A DNA stretch of 64,000 bases from Candidatus Aminicenantales bacterium (GTDB taxonomy: Bacteria; Acidobacteriota; Aminicenantia; Aminicenantales; Saccharicenantaceae): NCBI GenBank assembly GCA_049512315.1, contig JBEKXF010000002.1, positions 1 through 64,000 of the forward strand. The letters run 5' to 3'. The stretch's first letter is position 1, and each line of letters starts with the position of its first letter. The notes beneath the pieces are model-generated. The model saw nothing but the letters and a program-made list of their open reading frames with translations, was not told the origin of the DNA and did not search any database. The position numbers and the translations under genes were made by a program. Positions 39,312-48,576 of this stretch are shown here, one piece after another.

Positions 39312-40223
39312 ATGGCGATAAGAAGACGCTTTCTGGACGTTCCAGATTATACACTGGCCAGTCTTGACGACATCACTGAAGCGCTTGAGAATTGTTCTGC
39401 TCAAACTGAAAAGGACCTCATTGAATTCAAGAAGATCAAAGACAAAATTGAAAAGAACGTTGAAAAAGGCTCTGAGCTCTCGAAAGAAGCCGTTTTAGTC
39501 AAGCGCTACGTCCAATATTGGATGAGCCTGTTAGAAGATTTCCAAGCGGACTTAAAACGAATTCTGGATGAATTGCCCGGAGGCGTCGAGGAACGCCACC
39601 TGGAGGCCCTAAAGCAAATTCACGAGAGAAGCCTTTTTGAACAGGAGCAAAGTTGCAGCCGTTTCGAGGAAAAAGTTATAGAGAATTTGAATAATCAGTC
39701 TTTAGAAACTCTGGCAGACGAGGCTTTCGAACTTGCTTTCCAGGGATTTTACGATAACGTCGTGCTCGTAGATCTCGGCAACCGGCTACGGGCATTTATC
39801 GGAAGCAAAAAGGGCCAGCGGACTAGAACAAAGGGCATAGGACCTTTAGAGGTTCCTCAGGGTTCGTCTTGGGGCGATATATCAATCCGCTTCTTGGACG
39901 GAGAATCCGTGGAGATCAGGGCGGGGAGAAAACCTCTGGGGGCATGGAATTTCGCGGTCTTGGGGTTTGAAGACAAAAGAGCAAAACGGCCAGACCAAGT
40001 ATGGCAGACTCTGTGGTTGTTGGGCCTGAAATGTGGGGAGATTTCGTGGGAAACCAGAAGCGATTCGGGGAGGATAAGACTCACGCTACAAAAGAACATA
40101 TCAATCCTCCGAAAGAGGCTGAAAGCCCTTTTCGCTCTGTCTGAAGATCCATTTTTTCCCTACGATAAGGCAAACGCCTACAAAGCGAAGTTCAACGTAA
40201 TCGCGAATGAAAAAGACGCTTAG
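39312..40223 (+). CDS. Hypothetical protein, possible C-terminal winged helix
   Basis: 303-aa ORF; LQKNISILRKRLK..DPF..Y tail. Confidence 0.65.
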   Translation: MAIRRRFLDVPDYTLASLDDITEALENCSAQTEKDLIEFKKIKDKIEKNVEKGSELSKEAVLVKRYVQYWMSLLEDFQADLKRILDELPGGVEERHLEALKQIHERSLFEQEQSCSRFEEKVIENLNNQSLETLADEAFELAFQGFYDNVVLVDLGNRLRAFIGSKKGQRTRTKGIGPLEVPQGSSWGDISIRFLDGESVEIRAGRKPLGAWNFAVLGFEDKRAKRPDQVWQTLWLLGLKCGEISWETRSDSGRIRLTLQKNISILRKRLKALFALSEDPFFPYDKANAYKAKFNVIANEKDA

Positions 40224-40605
40224 GCCGTTTAGTATATTCGTGGAAAAATAACAGACTCTTCCCCAGCCTGAATTATCAGGCCTTCATACGCAAATTTTTA
40301 CTCAAAGACTAATTATTTTATATCTCCCGCATAATCGATAAGTTCCTCACCGCCGCTCTTCAAAAATATCGGTGAATCCAATATTTCTGCTGAATTTTCA
40401 GCATTTAGGGTGAGGAACAAAATGAACCAGGTTATGAAGTCTCATAAGGGCATCGGCCAACTCAAGACTAGACCGAGGTACGGCAGGAAGCTCGAACTTG
40501 ACGCTTACCTCACCTGGGCGTTCCCATGACAGCCAAGAGCATTTACGGAATGGCGCGACATGTGCGCCCTCGGGCGACACAAAATCTAAGCTAAGGAGTA
40601 ATGAG

Positions 40606-41061
40606 ATGGATAACATCAGCGCTAACACGGTTGGCGGCACGGCAACGTCCCAGGGCAGGACTGGCAAGGCCAACGGCAAGAAGACGCTGCCTCGTAGCGC
40701 CGCCTGCTACTTGTTCGTCGTGCACAGCGTCGTCGATATCATCCGGAGCATGCAAGAAGAGGCCTTGGCAAAACACCGTTTTAACCTAAGGGCCTATGCC
40801 GAGAGCAAGGAAGGAGCCCTGATCGTAGCGGAGTGCGTGGATTACGCAGGGGAATGTCCCAGGTGCTTCAAGAACGCGAAACCGGTCTACTTCAAGCTGG
40901 AGTCAGGATCAGGCCTCTACGTAGAGGCCCCGGAACTCTACGAGCCCCTCTGGAACCCCGAGTCCAGAAAGCTGCAGGAGATGCTCGCTGCCGGGGCGCC
41001 CCTGCAAGCGCGGTACGAGCAATTCGAGAAACAACGGCGGGGGAAGGAGGCCGGAAAGTGA
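40606..41061 (+). CDS. Hypothetical protein, paralog of 41158-41628
   Basis: AAGGAG RBS; PVYF..YVEAPELYEPL..PESRKLQEMLAAGA. Confidence 0.7.
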   Translation: MDNISANTVGGTATSQGRTGKANGKKTLPRSAACYLFVVHSVVDIIRSMQEEALAKHRFNLRAYAESKEGALIVAECVDYAGECPRCFKNAKPVYFKLESGSGLYVEAPELYEPLWNPESRKLQEMLAAGAPLQARYEQFEKQRRGKEAGK

Positions 41062-41157
41062 CCGCTGTGGGGAGGCCCGGACAAACGCCGGGCCTCCCCT
41101 AGGCGGCCTCACGGTCTTATTCGGCCTCACGAAAAACATTAAAAAAGGAGAACTAGA

Positions 41158-41628
41158 ATGAACGTTAACTACACGGATGTCGGGACGGTAGCGTCCCAAA
41201 GCGGGTCAGAGAAAGCCGATCACCGGCGGTCTTTTCACCAAATCCATGGCGCTCGCCTCTGCAAGCTGAAGCAGTGCGCTGCCGGCGCCGAACTCCGCCT
41301 GAACAAGTACGCAGGGGACCTCGGCTGGTTGATAACGCAGACCGCCGGCGAGCAAGATCCATTTCCTGAGGTCCTCGAATGCTTCAAATGCAGTGCGCGG
41401 GACGGCAAGCTCGTCATCGATGATGTCCCCGTCTACTTCATCTGGGACATCGAAGCGGAGAGCTACGTGGAGGCCCAGGAGCTGTACGGACCCATGCAGA
41501 AGCCCGAATCGAAGAAGCTCCAGGAGCTGCTCGCGGCCGGCGCGAGCCTGCGGAGACGCTTCAGGCGGTTTGAGGAAGAACAGCGGCAGAAGGAGGCCGG
41601 TCATGAGCAACGCAAACGAATCTCCTGA
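41158..41628 (+). CDS. Hypothetical protein, paralog of 40606-41061
   Basis: AAGGAG RBS; PVYF..YVEAQELYGPM..PESKKLQELLAAGA. Confidence 0.7.
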   Translation: MNVNYTDVGTVASQSGSEKADHRRSFHQIHGARLCKLKQCAAGAELRLNKYAGDLGWLITQTAGEQDPFPEVLECFKCSARDGKLVIDDVPVYFIWDIEAESYVEAQELYGPMQKPESKKLQELLAAGASLRRRFRRFEEEQRQKEAGHEQRKRIS

Positions 41629-41875
41629 GGCCGCCGAACTCGTAAGGGTAATGGCCCTGGCCAAGCTTCCGCCTGGGGAGATCATAGACAGGCTTCTAGA
41701 CCTGGCCATGGTGTTTGCGACGGGAGTATTGAAGGAAGGCGTGGAAATCAGGAAGGTCACGGTCGGTGAATGCCGAGCAAGATTCGAGGCCATAATGAAA
41801 CTCCGGGTCACCGACGAGGCCTGGATGGCGGTTGCCGAGGCCTATTTCAAGAGGATGCAAGAAAAACCCAACTAA
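41603..41875 (+). CDS. Small hypothetical protein
   Basis: AGGAGG RBS, overlaps the upstream gene. Confidence 0.6.
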   Translation: MSNANESPEAAELVRVMALAKLPPGEIIDRLLDLAMVFATGVLKEGVEIRKVTVGECRARFEAIMKLRVTDEAWMAVAEAYFKRMQEKPN

Positions 41876-41986
41876 CGCACGGGGCGGGGGCCGGGGGTTG
41901 CAGACCCTGGCCCGCTCAACACCTTAAACAAGAGCGTGTGCGGCTGTGCGGGAACACGTTATTATATCGGTTGGAGAAACGTAGCG

Positions 41987-42154
41987 ATGAAAAGGAAGGA
42001 CTTATTCAAGTCGCCGGACCCGAAGGCCGACTACAAGAAACTCATCAACGCCGCTAAGGCGGACCTCGAAGAAGCGATGGAACGGGCAGTCGAGCTCGAC
42101 AATCTCGCTGATCTGGCCAGAGCCCTGGGGAAGGCCGAATGGAGCAAGAAATGA
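41987..42154 (+). CDS. Small hypothetical protein coupled to the recombinase
   Basis: ATGA overlap with the recombinase start at 42151. Confidence 0.5.
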   Translation: MKRKDLFKSPDPKADYKKLINAAKADLEEAMERAVELDNLADLARALGKAEWSKK

Positions 42155-43680
42155 CCGGCGTCATCTGGGTCAGGGTCTCGTCGGTCGAGCAGGCCCGCGG
42201 CTATTCCCCCGACGCCCAACTCAGGGCGCTCAGGGAGGCCGCCAAGCAGAGGTCCATCGACATCGTCAGGGAATTCAAGGTCGCCGAGTCTGCAAAGACC
42301 TCGGAGACGAGGAGGAGGTTCCGCGAGCTGGTCGACTTCATCGGCGAGCACAAGCCCGATTACCTGATCGCCCTAGCCATCGACCGCATAACGCGGAACC
42401 CCGACGACCTCTACGCCATCCACAACCTAATCGACAGGGGCGGCCTCAGCGTTCTACTGGTGAACCAGAACAAAGTCATCAACAGGGACTCCCCTCCCGT
42501 GGACAAGTTCACCTTCATGATGTTCGGGAACATCGCCTACCTCGACAATATGCAGAGGGGTGAGCGGGTGAAAATGGGGATGCTGGAGAAGGCCCGAGGC
42601 GGCGTCTTTCCGTCCCGGGTCCCGGTCGGCTACATGAACGTTCCCGACCCCACGGATCCGTCAAGCAGACGGCCGACGGTCGCTATCGATCCCGCAAGGG
42701 GCCCGCTGATCAGGCTGGCCTTCGAACTCTACGCCCGGGGCGGCCATTCCCTGGCGACCCTCCGCGACGAGCTCAACCGCCGCGGCCTGCGGCAGAGGCC
42801 CACGTCGAAGAACCCGAACGCACCGATAAGCATCTACGGCCTCCAGGTCATCCTCGGCAACCCCTTCTACTACGGCATGGTGAGGTGGGGCAAGCAGGTG
42901 TTCCCGGGCACGCACGAACCGCTGATCTCGGCGGACCTGTTCAACCGGGTCCAGGCCCGCCTCAGGGAGAACTGCAGCTACGCCAAGCCGGCCGCGAAGA
43001 AGCATTTCGCCTTCAAGCCCTTCCTGAGGTGCGGGCACTGCCAGGCCGGTATAACGGCCGAGGAGAAGGAGGGGGCGCACAAGAGCGGCACGTACGTCTA
43101 CTACCACTGCACCCACTCCAAGGACAGGAACTGTCCCCTGGGCATGTTCCGCGAGGAAAAGGTCGACGGGATGTTCGCCGAGGCCCTGGGGAAGCTCTAC
43201 ATCGACGGGGCCATCGCCGGCAAGATCAAGGAGCAGCTGAAATCGGCCCACGGCGAGCAGGAAGGGGCCGACAAGAGGGAGCTGAGGAGGCTCCAGTCGG
43301 AATACACGCGGAAGACGAACCAGCTCGGCCTAATCTACGACGACCGGCTGGACGGCACCATCACGAAGGAGCAGTACAAGGAGAAGCAGGCGGCCCTGGA
43401 GCGGGAGCTGGGGGCGATCCAGGCCGACATCGATAAGCTGGGCAGCGTCAACAGGAAATACAAGGAGGAGGGATCGATCGTCATCGACCTCCTCAGCGGC
43501 TTCAAGGACATCTACCAGGCGGCCGACCTCGAGGGCAAGGCCGCCATCCTCGGCGCGGTCGTCGACAGCGCCAGCCTGAGGGGCGACGACCTCTTCGTTT
43601 CCTGGAAGCAGCCCTTCGACATCCTGTTCACGCTCGGGGAGGGGGAAAGGGTTCTAAGAAAAACAAAATGGCGTGCCTAA
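42151..43680 (+). CDS. Large serine recombinase (integrase)
   Basis: RVSSVEQ (Ser), DRITRN, recombinase domain NPFYYG..HEPLIS, zinc ribbon CGHC..YYHC, coiled coil. Confidence 0.95.
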   Translation: MTGVIWVRVSSVEQARGYSPDAQLRALREAAKQRSIDIVREFKVAESAKTSETRRRFRELVDFIGEHKPDYLIALAIDRITRNPDDLYAIHNLIDRGGLSVLLVNQNKVINRDSPPVDKFTFMMFGNIAYLDNMQRGERVKMGMLEKARGGVFPSRVPVGYMNVPDPTDPSSRRPTVAIDPARGPLIRLAFELYARGGHSLATLRDELNRRGLRQRPTSKNPNAPISIYGLQVILGNPFYYGMVRWGKQVFPGTHEPLISADLFNRVQARLRENCSYAKPAAKKHFAFKPFLRCGHCQAGITAEEKEGAHKSGTYVYYHCTHSKDRNCPLGMFREEKVDGMFAEALGKLYIDGAIAGKIKEQLKSAHGEQEGADKRELRRLQSEYTRKTNQLGLIYDDRLDGTITKEQYKEKQAALERELGAIQADIDKLGSVNRKYKEEGSIVIDLLSGFKDIYQAADLEGKAAILGAVVDSASLRGDDLFVSWKQPFDILFTLGEGERVLRKTKWRA

Positions 43681-43720
43681 GAGGATTCGAACCTCCGACC
43701 TTTGGATCCGGAGTCCAATG
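43669..43720 (-). pseudogene. tRNA-Arg(CCG) 3' two-thirds (att site)
   Basis: Anticodon arm ttgga-ctCCGga-tccaa, T arm ggttcgaatcc, CCA end; D arm and 5' acceptor strand missing. Confidence 0.85.
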
Positions 43721-43864
43721 GTCTATATGCTTGAAAAGGTATCGCAAATTTCTGAGCAGGTTATCTTCTTCGTTATCCTTGAATGGGGGTAACGGGTCAG
43801 TTGGCCAGGCAGGGCTCGCTTAGGGTCCATCTAAAGGGCCTGGATAAGCAGGCAGACCACTCCG

Positions 43865-44020
43865 CCGTGTCACAGCCGTGTGCCCGTGGCGTGCCAGACT
43901 AAATTGCAAACGCCGGGAAGGGCGCAAAATTCCTGTGACGGTTTTGTGACCGTTTTGTGACGGATTAGATTGAAAAGCGCTGAACCTACGGACTCAGACG
44001 GAAAGCGAAAAGAGGTTCGA
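43865..44020 (+). repeat. Two stacked integrase arm-like modules
   Basis: GTGTGCC-type triplet (43865-43920) then TGTGAC(G/C)G x3 at 43934/43945/43956. Confidence 0.7.
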
Positions 44021-44066
44021 GAAAAATTCTAACTCGCTGAAGACAGGGGAAATAAGGCAAAAAAAA

Positions 44067-44143
<77 letters not shown>

Positions 44144-44154
44144 GTACCGGCGTT

Positions 44155-44182
44155 ATTATAGCAAATCCCGCCCATTTGTCAA
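44155..44182 (-). promoter_or_regulatory. tRNA promoter
   Basis: TTGACA-16 bp-TATAAT followed by a GC-rich discriminator. Confidence 0.85.
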
Positions 44183-44242
44183 AGATATTCTGTCCGGGGC
44201 AAAGTTCCCTTCCCCTCCCCTGCTCCCCCGGCAAATTCCGGC

Positions 44243-44271
44243 TTGACTTTATAGCCCGGGGTCAATTTAAT
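44243..44271 (+). promoter_or_regulatory. Putative nuoJ promoter
   Basis: TTGACT-17 bp-TTTAAT, 18 bp before the ATG. Confidence 0.55.
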
Positions 44272-44289
44272 ATAGGGGCGCAATCCATC

Positions 44290-44787
44290 ATGGCCTGGGT
44301 CATTTTCGGTTTCCTCTCCCTCCTCTGCGTCGGCTCTGTCGTGGCCATGATCATTTCCAGGAACCAGGCCCATGACGCCCTTTTCCTGGTCCTCTCGTTC
44401 GCGTCTCTCGGCGGGATCTTCGGCCTCCTCGACGCTCCCTTCGTCGCCGCCGTCCAGGTCATCATCTATGCCGGCGCCATCATGGTCCTTTTCCTCTTCG
44501 CCATCATGACGATCAACCTCAAGGAAAGCCTGCCGCCCGAGAGAAAAAAGGTCGTTTTCGGGATCTCCGCGGTCCTGGGGTGCGTCCTCTTCGCGGAGTT
44601 CCTCATCGTCGCCCGGAGGGCCTTTTTTCACGGGGCGGAAGCCGCTCCTGCCGGAGGGGCGAACCCCGCCGGGCTCGGGCATCTCCTGTTCACCGATTAT
44701 CTGTATCCTTTCGAGCTCACGTCCTTGCTCCTCATCGCCGCGCTTGTCGGGGCCCTGACCTTGGCCGGGAAAAAGGGGTCTTCGTGA
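44290..44787 (+). CDS. nuoJ: NADH-quinone oxidoreductase subunit J
   Basis: QVIIYAGAIMVLFLF, YLYPFELTS. Confidence 0.93.
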   Translation: MAWVIFGFLSLLCVGSVVAMIISRNQAHDALFLVLSFASLGGIFGLLDAPFVAAVQVIIYAGAIMVLFLFAIMTINLKESLPPERKKVVFGISAVLGCVLFAEFLIVARRAFFHGAEAAPAGGANPAGLGHLLFTDYLYPFELTSLLLIAALVGALTLAGKKGSS

Positions 44788-45086
44788 TCCCCGGGTCCGC
44801 CTTCCTCGTCCTGGCCATCGTCCTTTTCGTGCTCGGCGTCCTGGCCTTTTTCATCAAGAGGGACCTCCTGACCCAGTTCATGGCCGTCGAGGTCATGCTC
44901 AATGCCGGGAACCTCGCCTTCCTGGCCCTGGCCAAAGCCTCCGGCAAAGCGGAAGCCCAGGTCATCGTCTTTTTTATCCTGACTGTGGCCGCGGCCGAAG
45001 CCGTCGTCGGGATGGCCATCGTCCTTCACTTTTTTAAACAGCGGAAATCCATCCGGACCGAGGACGTGAGCGGGCTGAAAGGATAA
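44784..45086 (+). CDS. nuoK: NADH-quinone oxidoreductase subunit K
   Basis: EVMLNAGNL, VAAAEAVVG; GTG start overlapping the nuoJ stop. Confidence 0.93.
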   Translation: MIPGSAFLVLAIVLFVLGVLAFFIKRDLLTQFMAVEVMLNAGNLAFLALAKASGKAEAQVIVFFILTVAAAEAVVGMAIVLHFFKQRKSIRTEDVSGLKG

Positions 45087-45087
45087 A

Positions 45088-46995
45088 ATGGCCGGGATCT
45101 TCTGGCTGATACCGCTCATCCCGGCGCTGAGTTCTCTCGTCGTCGTCCTCTTCGGTTCAAGGATCTCCCGGAAGGCGATCTCGCTCCAGGCTTGCCTGGC
45201 GGTTCTGGCTTCGTTCATTCTCTCTTCCGCGGCCTTGGCTCATCTCGTGAGAATGCCCCCGGAGTCGGCCCGCCTCACCAAAACCCTCCTCGGCTGGATC
45301 TCGAGCGGCGCCTTTTCCGCACCGGTAACGTTCTTTTTCGACCCTCTAACGGCCGTCATGTGCCTCGTCGTCACCGGGGTCGGGTTTCTGATCCACATCT
45401 ATTCCGTGGGCTACATGGCGGAAGACCGCTCCTATGCCAGATACTTCGGCCTCCTCAACCTGTTCACCTTCTTCATGCTCGTCCTCGTCATGGCTTCGAA
45501 CATCGTCCTGATGTTCGTCGGCTGGGAGGGCGTCGGCCTCTGCTCCTACCTCCTCATCGGCTTCTGGTTCGAGCGCCCGGCCGCGGCCAAGGCCGGCCTG
45601 AAAGCCTTCATCGTCAACCGGATCGGGGATGCGGCCTTCATTCTGGGCCTTCTCTTTCTTGTCTTGAACGTGGGCAGTCCCGAATTCGCCAAGATCAACG
45701 GGGCGGCCGCCGGCGGGGCTTTGAGCCCGGGACTCGTGACCCTGGCGGCCATCCTGCTTTTCGTCGGCGCAGCAGGTAAGTCCGCCCAGATCCCGCTCTA
45801 TGTCTGGCTCCCGGACGCCATGGAAGGGCCGACGCCGGTCAGCGCCCTCATCCATGCCGCGACCATGGTCACGGCCGGAGTTTACATGGTGGCCAGGCTG
45901 AACGGGCTCTATTCTGCATCCCCGGCCGCCGGGACGATCGTGGCCTTTATCGGGGCGGTGACCGCCGTTTTCGCCGCGTCCATGGCCCTCGTCCAGACGG
46001 ACATCAAGAAGGTCCTGGCCTATTCCACGATCTCACAGATCGGATACATGTTCATCGGCTGCGGCGTCGGGGCCTATGCGGCCGGGATCTTCCACCTCAC
46101 GACCCACGCCTTCTTCAAAAGCCTCCTTTTCCTCGGGGCCGGGAGCGTCATCCACTCCCTTTCCGGCGAGCAGGACATCCGGAAGATGGGAGGACTTCGG
46201 AGGTTCCTGCCGAGGACTTTCCCCGCGTTCCTGGTCGCGGCCCTGGCGATCTCGGGCATCCCTTTCCTTTCGGGCTTTTTCTCCAAGGACGCCATCCTGA
46301 CGAGCGCGTTCGCGGGCGGGCAGTACGCCGTCTGGGCCCTCGGGCTCCTGGGCGCGGGCCTGACCGCCTTTTACATGTTCCGGCTGGTTTTCCTGACTTT
46401 CTTCGGCGAGTCGAGGCTGGGCGAAGAGGCCAAACGCCATCTCCATGAGCCCCCCGGGATCATGACGACCCCTCTCATCATCCTGGCTGTTTTTTCCGCG
46501 CTGGCGGGGTTCATCGGCCTTCCGGCGGTCGTTGGGGAAAAAGCCGACCTTTTCGGCCGCTTCCTCGAGCCGGTCGTCCGGGCGGCCATGGCTCCGTTCC
46601 CGGCGGCCGTCGAATGGAACCTGATCCTCGTCTCCACGGCCGCCGCCGTGGGCGGACTGTTCATCGCCTATCTTTTCTACATCCGGTATCCCCTGGTCCC
46701 GGGCCGGCTGGCCGCGCGGGTCCCACGGATCTATCGAGTCCTCGTCGGCAAGTATTACGTGGACGAGTTCTATGACGCGGTCGTCGTCCGGCCCGCCGTC
46801 CGGGGGTCCGAGCTCGTCTACGCTCACTTCGACCTCAAAGTCATCGACGGAGCCCTCAACGGCTCGGCCGCGGCCGCGAATCTCGCGGGGCTCGGCTTCA
46901 GCCGCCTCCAGACAGGCCTGATCAAGGACTACGCCCTGGCCTTTCTCCTGGGTGTCGTCCTTTTCCTGGGATTTATCCTGTTTTTAAAGATATGA
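45088..46995 (+). CDS. nuoL: NADH-quinone oxidoreductase subunit L
   Basis: GWEGVG, WLPDAMEGPTPVSALIHAATMV, THAFFK. Confidence 0.96.
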   Translation: MAGIFWLIPLIPALSSLVVVLFGSRISRKAISLQACLAVLASFILSSAALAHLVRMPPESARLTKTLLGWISSGAFSAPVTFFFDPLTAVMCLVVTGVGFLIHIYSVGYMAEDRSYARYFGLLNLFTFFMLVLVMASNIVLMFVGWEGVGLCSYLLIGFWFERPAAAKAGLKAFIVNRIGDAAFILGLLFLVLNVGSPEFAKINGAAAGGALSPGLVTLAAILLFVGAAGKSAQIPLYVWLPDAMEGPTPVSALIHAATMVTAGVYMVARLNGLYSASPAAGTIVAFIGAVTAVFAASMALVQTDIKKVLAYSTISQIGYMFIGCGVGAYAAGIFHLTTHAFFKSLLFLGAGSVIHSLSGEQDIRKMGGLRRFLPRTFPAFLVAALAISGIPFLSGFFSKDAILTSAFAGGQYAVWALGLLGAGLTAFYMFRLVFLTFFGESRLGEEAKRHLHEPPGIMTTPLIILAVFSALAGFIGLPAVVGEKADLFGRFLEPVVRAAMAPFPAAVEWNLILVSTAAAVGGLFIAYLFYIRYPLVPGRLAARVPRIYRVLVGKYYVDEFYDAVVVRPAVRGSELVYAHFDLKVIDGALNGSAAAANLAGLGFSRLQTGLIKDYALAFLLGVVLFLGFILFLKI

Positions 46996-48572
46996 CCATG
47001 CCGTTGCTGAGTCTGGTGACGTTCCTGCCCGTTACGGGCGGCCTCGTCCTGATTTTCTTCCCCAGGGAGAGAACGAGAGAGGCCCGCGCCTTTGCCCTGG
47101 CCGTCGCCCTCTTGGCTTTCCTTGTCTCCTTAGCCCTTTATTTCGGCTTCGACGGCGGGTCCGGGGCCGCCCAGTTCGTCGAGCGCGGCCGCTGGATCGG
47201 CTACGGACTTGACTACCACGTCGGGATCGACGGCATCAGCCTCTTCCTCGTCCTCCTCACGACTTTCCTCACGCCCGTCGCGCTCCTCTCCTCCTGGAAG
47301 GCCGTCGACGGGCGGGTCAAGGAATTCTCGTTTTTCATGCTCCTTCTCGAGACCGGGATCATCGGCGTCTTCGTCTCGATGAATCTGTTCCTGTTCTACG
47401 TCTTTTGGGAGGCCATGCTCATCCCGATGTACTTCCTGATCGGAATCTGGGGCGGCCGGCGCCGGATTTATGCGACGCTCAAATTCGTCCTATTCACCAT
47501 GTTCGGCAGTCTCCTGATGCTCGTCGCCATCTTCGTCCTTTATGAGCGGTATCATCAGGCGACCGGGGGCCAATCTCTCGCCTTCCAGGATCTCTACGGC
47601 CTGACCCTGTCGCCCGGGCTCCAAACGTGGCTGTTCCTGGCCTTCGCCCTGGCCTTCGCTATCAAGGTGCCCCTCTTCCCGCTCCATACCTGGCTCCCCG
47701 ACGCCCATGTCGAAGCGCCCACCGCAGGGTCCGTCATCTTGGCGGCCGTGCTCCTCAAGTTGGGCGCCTACGGCTTCCTGCGGCTGGGGCTCCCCCTCTT
47801 CCCCGACGCGGCCCGGACATTTCTCCCGGCGCTTTCGATCCTGGCCGTCATCGGCATCATTTACGGCGGGTTCATGGCCCTCGTCCAGAAGGACATGAAG
47901 TCGCTCGTCGCCTACTCGAGCGTCAGCCACATGGGGCTCATCATGCTGGCCCTGTTTTCTCTGAACCTGGAATCGACGGAAGGCGCGCTTTACCAGATGC
48001 TCAACCACGGCCTGAGCACGGGCGGCCTCTTCCTCTGCGTCGGGGTCCTGTACGAGCGTTCCCACACCCGGTTGATCAGGGACTACGGCGGCGTCAGCCG
48101 GCAGATGCCCGCATTTTCGGCCGTCTTCCTCGTCGCTATGCTTTCCTCGATGGGGCTTCCGGGTCTCAACGGCTTTGTCGGCGAGATCCTGTGCTTCTTC
48201 GGCATCTTCGCCGCGAACAAGGTCCTGGCCGCGCTCGCCGTGTCGACGGCCGTGCTGTCGGCGGCCTACCTCCTCTGGCTCTTCCGCCGGGTGATGCATG
48301 GTCCCATCCTGAACCCCAAGATCCTCGAGTTCAAGGATATGGACAAGCGGGAGCGACTGGTTCTTGGGCCTGTCGTTATCCTCATGTTCTGGCTGGGGCT
48401 TTTCCCGGGGACCGTCCTTCGAAAAATGGACGCTTCGGTCACCCAATATCTCCATAAGGTCAGGCAAGTCGCGAAGGTCCAAGAGAAAATGGCGGAATTG
48501 AGTTTATCGCCCTCTGTGCGGGATGAGTCCGTGAACGGCGTTCACTCTCATTTTGAAAGAGTGCGTGAGTAG
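46992..48572 (+). CDS. nuoM: NADH-quinone oxidoreductase subunit M
   Basis: FWEAMLIPMY, HTWLPDAHVEAPT, AYSSVSHMG. Confidence 0.96.
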   Translation: MTMPLLSLVTFLPVTGGLVLIFFPRERTREARAFALAVALLAFLVSLALYFGFDGGSGAAQFVERGRWIGYGLDYHVGIDGISLFLVLLTTFLTPVALLSSWKAVDGRVKEFSFFMLLLETGIIGVFVSMNLFLFYVFWEAMLIPMYFLIGIWGGRRRIYATLKFVLFTMFGSLLMLVAIFVLYERYHQATGGQSLAFQDLYGLTLSPGLQTWLFLAFALAFAIKVPLFPLHTWLPDAHVEAPTAGSVILAAVLLKLGAYGFLRLGLPLFPDAARTFLPALSILAVIGIIYGGFMALVQKDMKSLVAYSSVSHMGLIMLALFSLNLESTEGALYQMLNHGLSTGGLFLCVGVLYERSHTRLIRDYGGVSRQMPAFSAVFLVAMLSSMGLPGLNGFVGEILCFFGIFAANKVLAALAVSTAVLSAAYLLWLFRRVMHGPILNPKILEFKDMDKRERLVLGPVVILMFWLGLFPGTVLRKMDASVTQYLHKVRQVAKVQEKMAELSLSPSVRDESVNGVHSHFERVRE

Positions 48573-48576
48573 GGCC

